From contig NC_134032.1 of assembly GCF_964204645.1 (NCBI RefSeq), positions 6,932,275 to 6,996,274 on the forward strand: a DNA stretch of 64,000 nt, read 5' to 3'. A program made the translations under genes and the position numbers. The stretch comes from Tubulanus polymorphus. Taxonomy: Eukaryota > Animalia > Nemertea. Shown piece after piece: positions 62,776 through 64,000 of this stretch (within the stretch, counting starts at the first letter, position 1; each line of letters starts with the position of its first letter). Under the pieces are notes generated by a model. The model did no database searches. It saw only the letters and a program-made list of their open reading frames with translations, and had not been told where the DNA came from.

Positions 62776-63378
62776 ATGTCAAAGAAATCTAATAAGAATA
62801 GTATTGATATTGAAAAAACATTAGATGATTTGGGTATTAGTGATAATAAAGATACAGTTGTTTCTAATTCTATTCAAGTTAATAACAATATAGATTATGA
62901 ATACTATTTATATTGTAAGCATCATATAGAACTATTGATTGCGAGTGGAAAAACTAAAGAGTTTATTGGTAAAACAATAACTTTTCAAGAATTAGATAAT
63001 ATGAATAAAGAAAAAGTAATAAAATATTTTAAGATTTATGAAGAAGCTCGATTAGCTAGAATAAATGATTCTATTTCAGATGGTATTGTAAAATGTTATT
63101 CTAAGTTATGTAACCAGTTAATACCAATTGATAATGAAAATAAATTATATAGTGATTTGAAAAATGACTACTTAGTTATGACTGAATTACAAAAATGGGT
63201 TGGATATGCTTCATTTCAATTAGGATCGGTTATGACATTGATTTCTACTGGCGTCATAACATTTTCGAATATCAAGCCTATGGAATATAAATCAGGTAAG
63301 AACGAAACAGATGTACTACAACCAAACAGTGAAACAGAAAATGAATCAGAACAAAAATTAACTAAAATAAATGAGTGA
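62776..63378 (+). CDS. Conserved hypothetical protein (homologue of 46715-47319)
   Basis: Intact 200-aa ORF with extensive identity to the element-1 gene; T-run plus TATAAATG start. Confidence 0.85.
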   Translation: MSKKSNKNSIDIEKTLDDLGISDNKDTVVSNSIQVNNNIDYEYYLYCKHHIELLIASGKTKEFIGKTITFQELDNMNKEKVIKYFKIYEEARLARINDSISDGIVKCYSKLCNQLIPIDNENKLYSDLKNDYLVMTELQKWVGYASFQLGSVMTLISTGVITFSNIKPMEYKSGKNETDVLQPNSETENESEQKLTKINE

Positions 63379-63769
63379 TGGAGTTAAGAAAAAGGCTAGA
63401 TCCGAGAAACAAATTAAATGGGCAAGAGAATTAGGTAAAAGATCATCAGAATTAAAAAAAGCTAAGAAAAAGAAATTAACTGATATAAATGAATCACAGA
63501 CTTTATCTGATGGTGCCGTACAGCACCCACACGGTGGTATTGATTCAAATAATAATCCATCTAATTCTTCTAATGCTGGAAGTAATTATAAATTATATAT
63601 TACAATTGGATTAGTAACAGTTATTATATTATCCGGTGTAATATATAAATCAAAATTCAAATCTGATGATAAAGATGATTCCAATGACAATCGGAAACAT
63701 ATTATACCAGAAAATAAGTCAAATCATAAAGTCATTGAAACTAAATCTAAATTATTATTAATGGATTAA
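63371..63769 (+). CDS. Basic N-terminus / single-TM protein (homologue of 47252-47623)
   Basis: RSEKQIKWARELG; TM LYITIGLVTVIILSGVIY. Confidence 0.8.
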   Translation: MSDGVKKKARSEKQIKWARELGKRSSELKKAKKKKLTDINESQTLSDGAVQHPHGGIDSNNNPSNSSNAGSNYKLYITIGLVTVIILSGVIYKSKFKSDDKDDSNDNRKHIIPENKSNHKVIETKSKLLLMD

Positions 63770-63775
63770 AATAAG

Positions 63776-64000
63776 ATGAAAAAAGAACAATATTTAAGAG
63801 ATTTATATTATAACCCAGAAAGTGAAGTATCATATTCTAACGTTTCAGAATTATGGAATAAAATTAAATCTGATAAAGAAAAAATAAAATATAGTGAATT
63901 AAAATCATGGTTACAAAATCAACCCACATATCAAATTCATAAAAAGATGGATAAAAAATATTTAACAAGAAAAGTAATGGTTTCATATATTGATCAACAA
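63776..64000 (+). CDS. rve integrase, N-terminal part (runs off the window)
   Basis: MKKEQYLRDLYYNPES...QPTYQIHK...TRKVMVSYIDQQ matches the 44686 integrase (KEQYLRNLYYNPES...TRKTMVSYVDQQ). Confidence 0.9.
   Translation, partial: MKKEQYLRDLYYNPESEVSYSNVSELWNKIKSDKEKIKYSELKSWLQNQPTYQIHKKMDKKYLTRKVMVSYIDQQ

Larger units (their letters stand above)
60010..64000 (+). mobile_element. Second Polinton-like element (element 2), left part only
   Basis: Starts AGTAAT like element 1; abrupt shift to AT-rich DNA; homologues of 46715, 47252 and integrase; several ATAAATG starts. Confidence 0.85.

Overview
AT-rich, repeat-dense eukaryotic DNA from an invertebrate animal, probably a lophotrochozoan (inferred from the GPCR type and the Helentron/HINE satellites). 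The only clear host gene is an intronless rhodopsin-family GPCR (21055-22008). 1-25 kb is transposon debris: Helentron endonuclease and OB-fold exons, hAT, piggyBac, CACTA, MITEs and minisatellites. 25.8-55.4 kb is a head-to-tail array of three non-autonomous Helentron-like units, each carrying a 31-bp satellite and a captured LINE RT fragment. A fully delimited 13.8-kb Polinton/Maverick-type endogenous virus (34356-48176; AGT...ACT TIRs; TATGTT target-site duplication) is inserted in one unit. It encodes pPolB, minor and major capsid proteins, integrase, packaging ATPase and several membrane proteins. Three features are unusual: (i) a gene resembling poxvirus late transcription factor VLTF3/A2; (ii) a poxvirus late-promoter-like (T-run)-ATAAATG start on 14 of 15 genes; (iii) a LAGLIDADG intein remnant in pPolB catalytic motif C. 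I infer a virophage-like element that uses a poxvirus-type cytoplasmic transcription system. From 55.4 kb there is a nest of BEL/Pao > Gypsy > a second, related Polinton-like element (60010 to window end). The second element starts with a 269-bp bubbled palindrome and shares a conserved, covarying non-coding hairpin with the first. All homology calls are motif recognition by eye; no searches were run.
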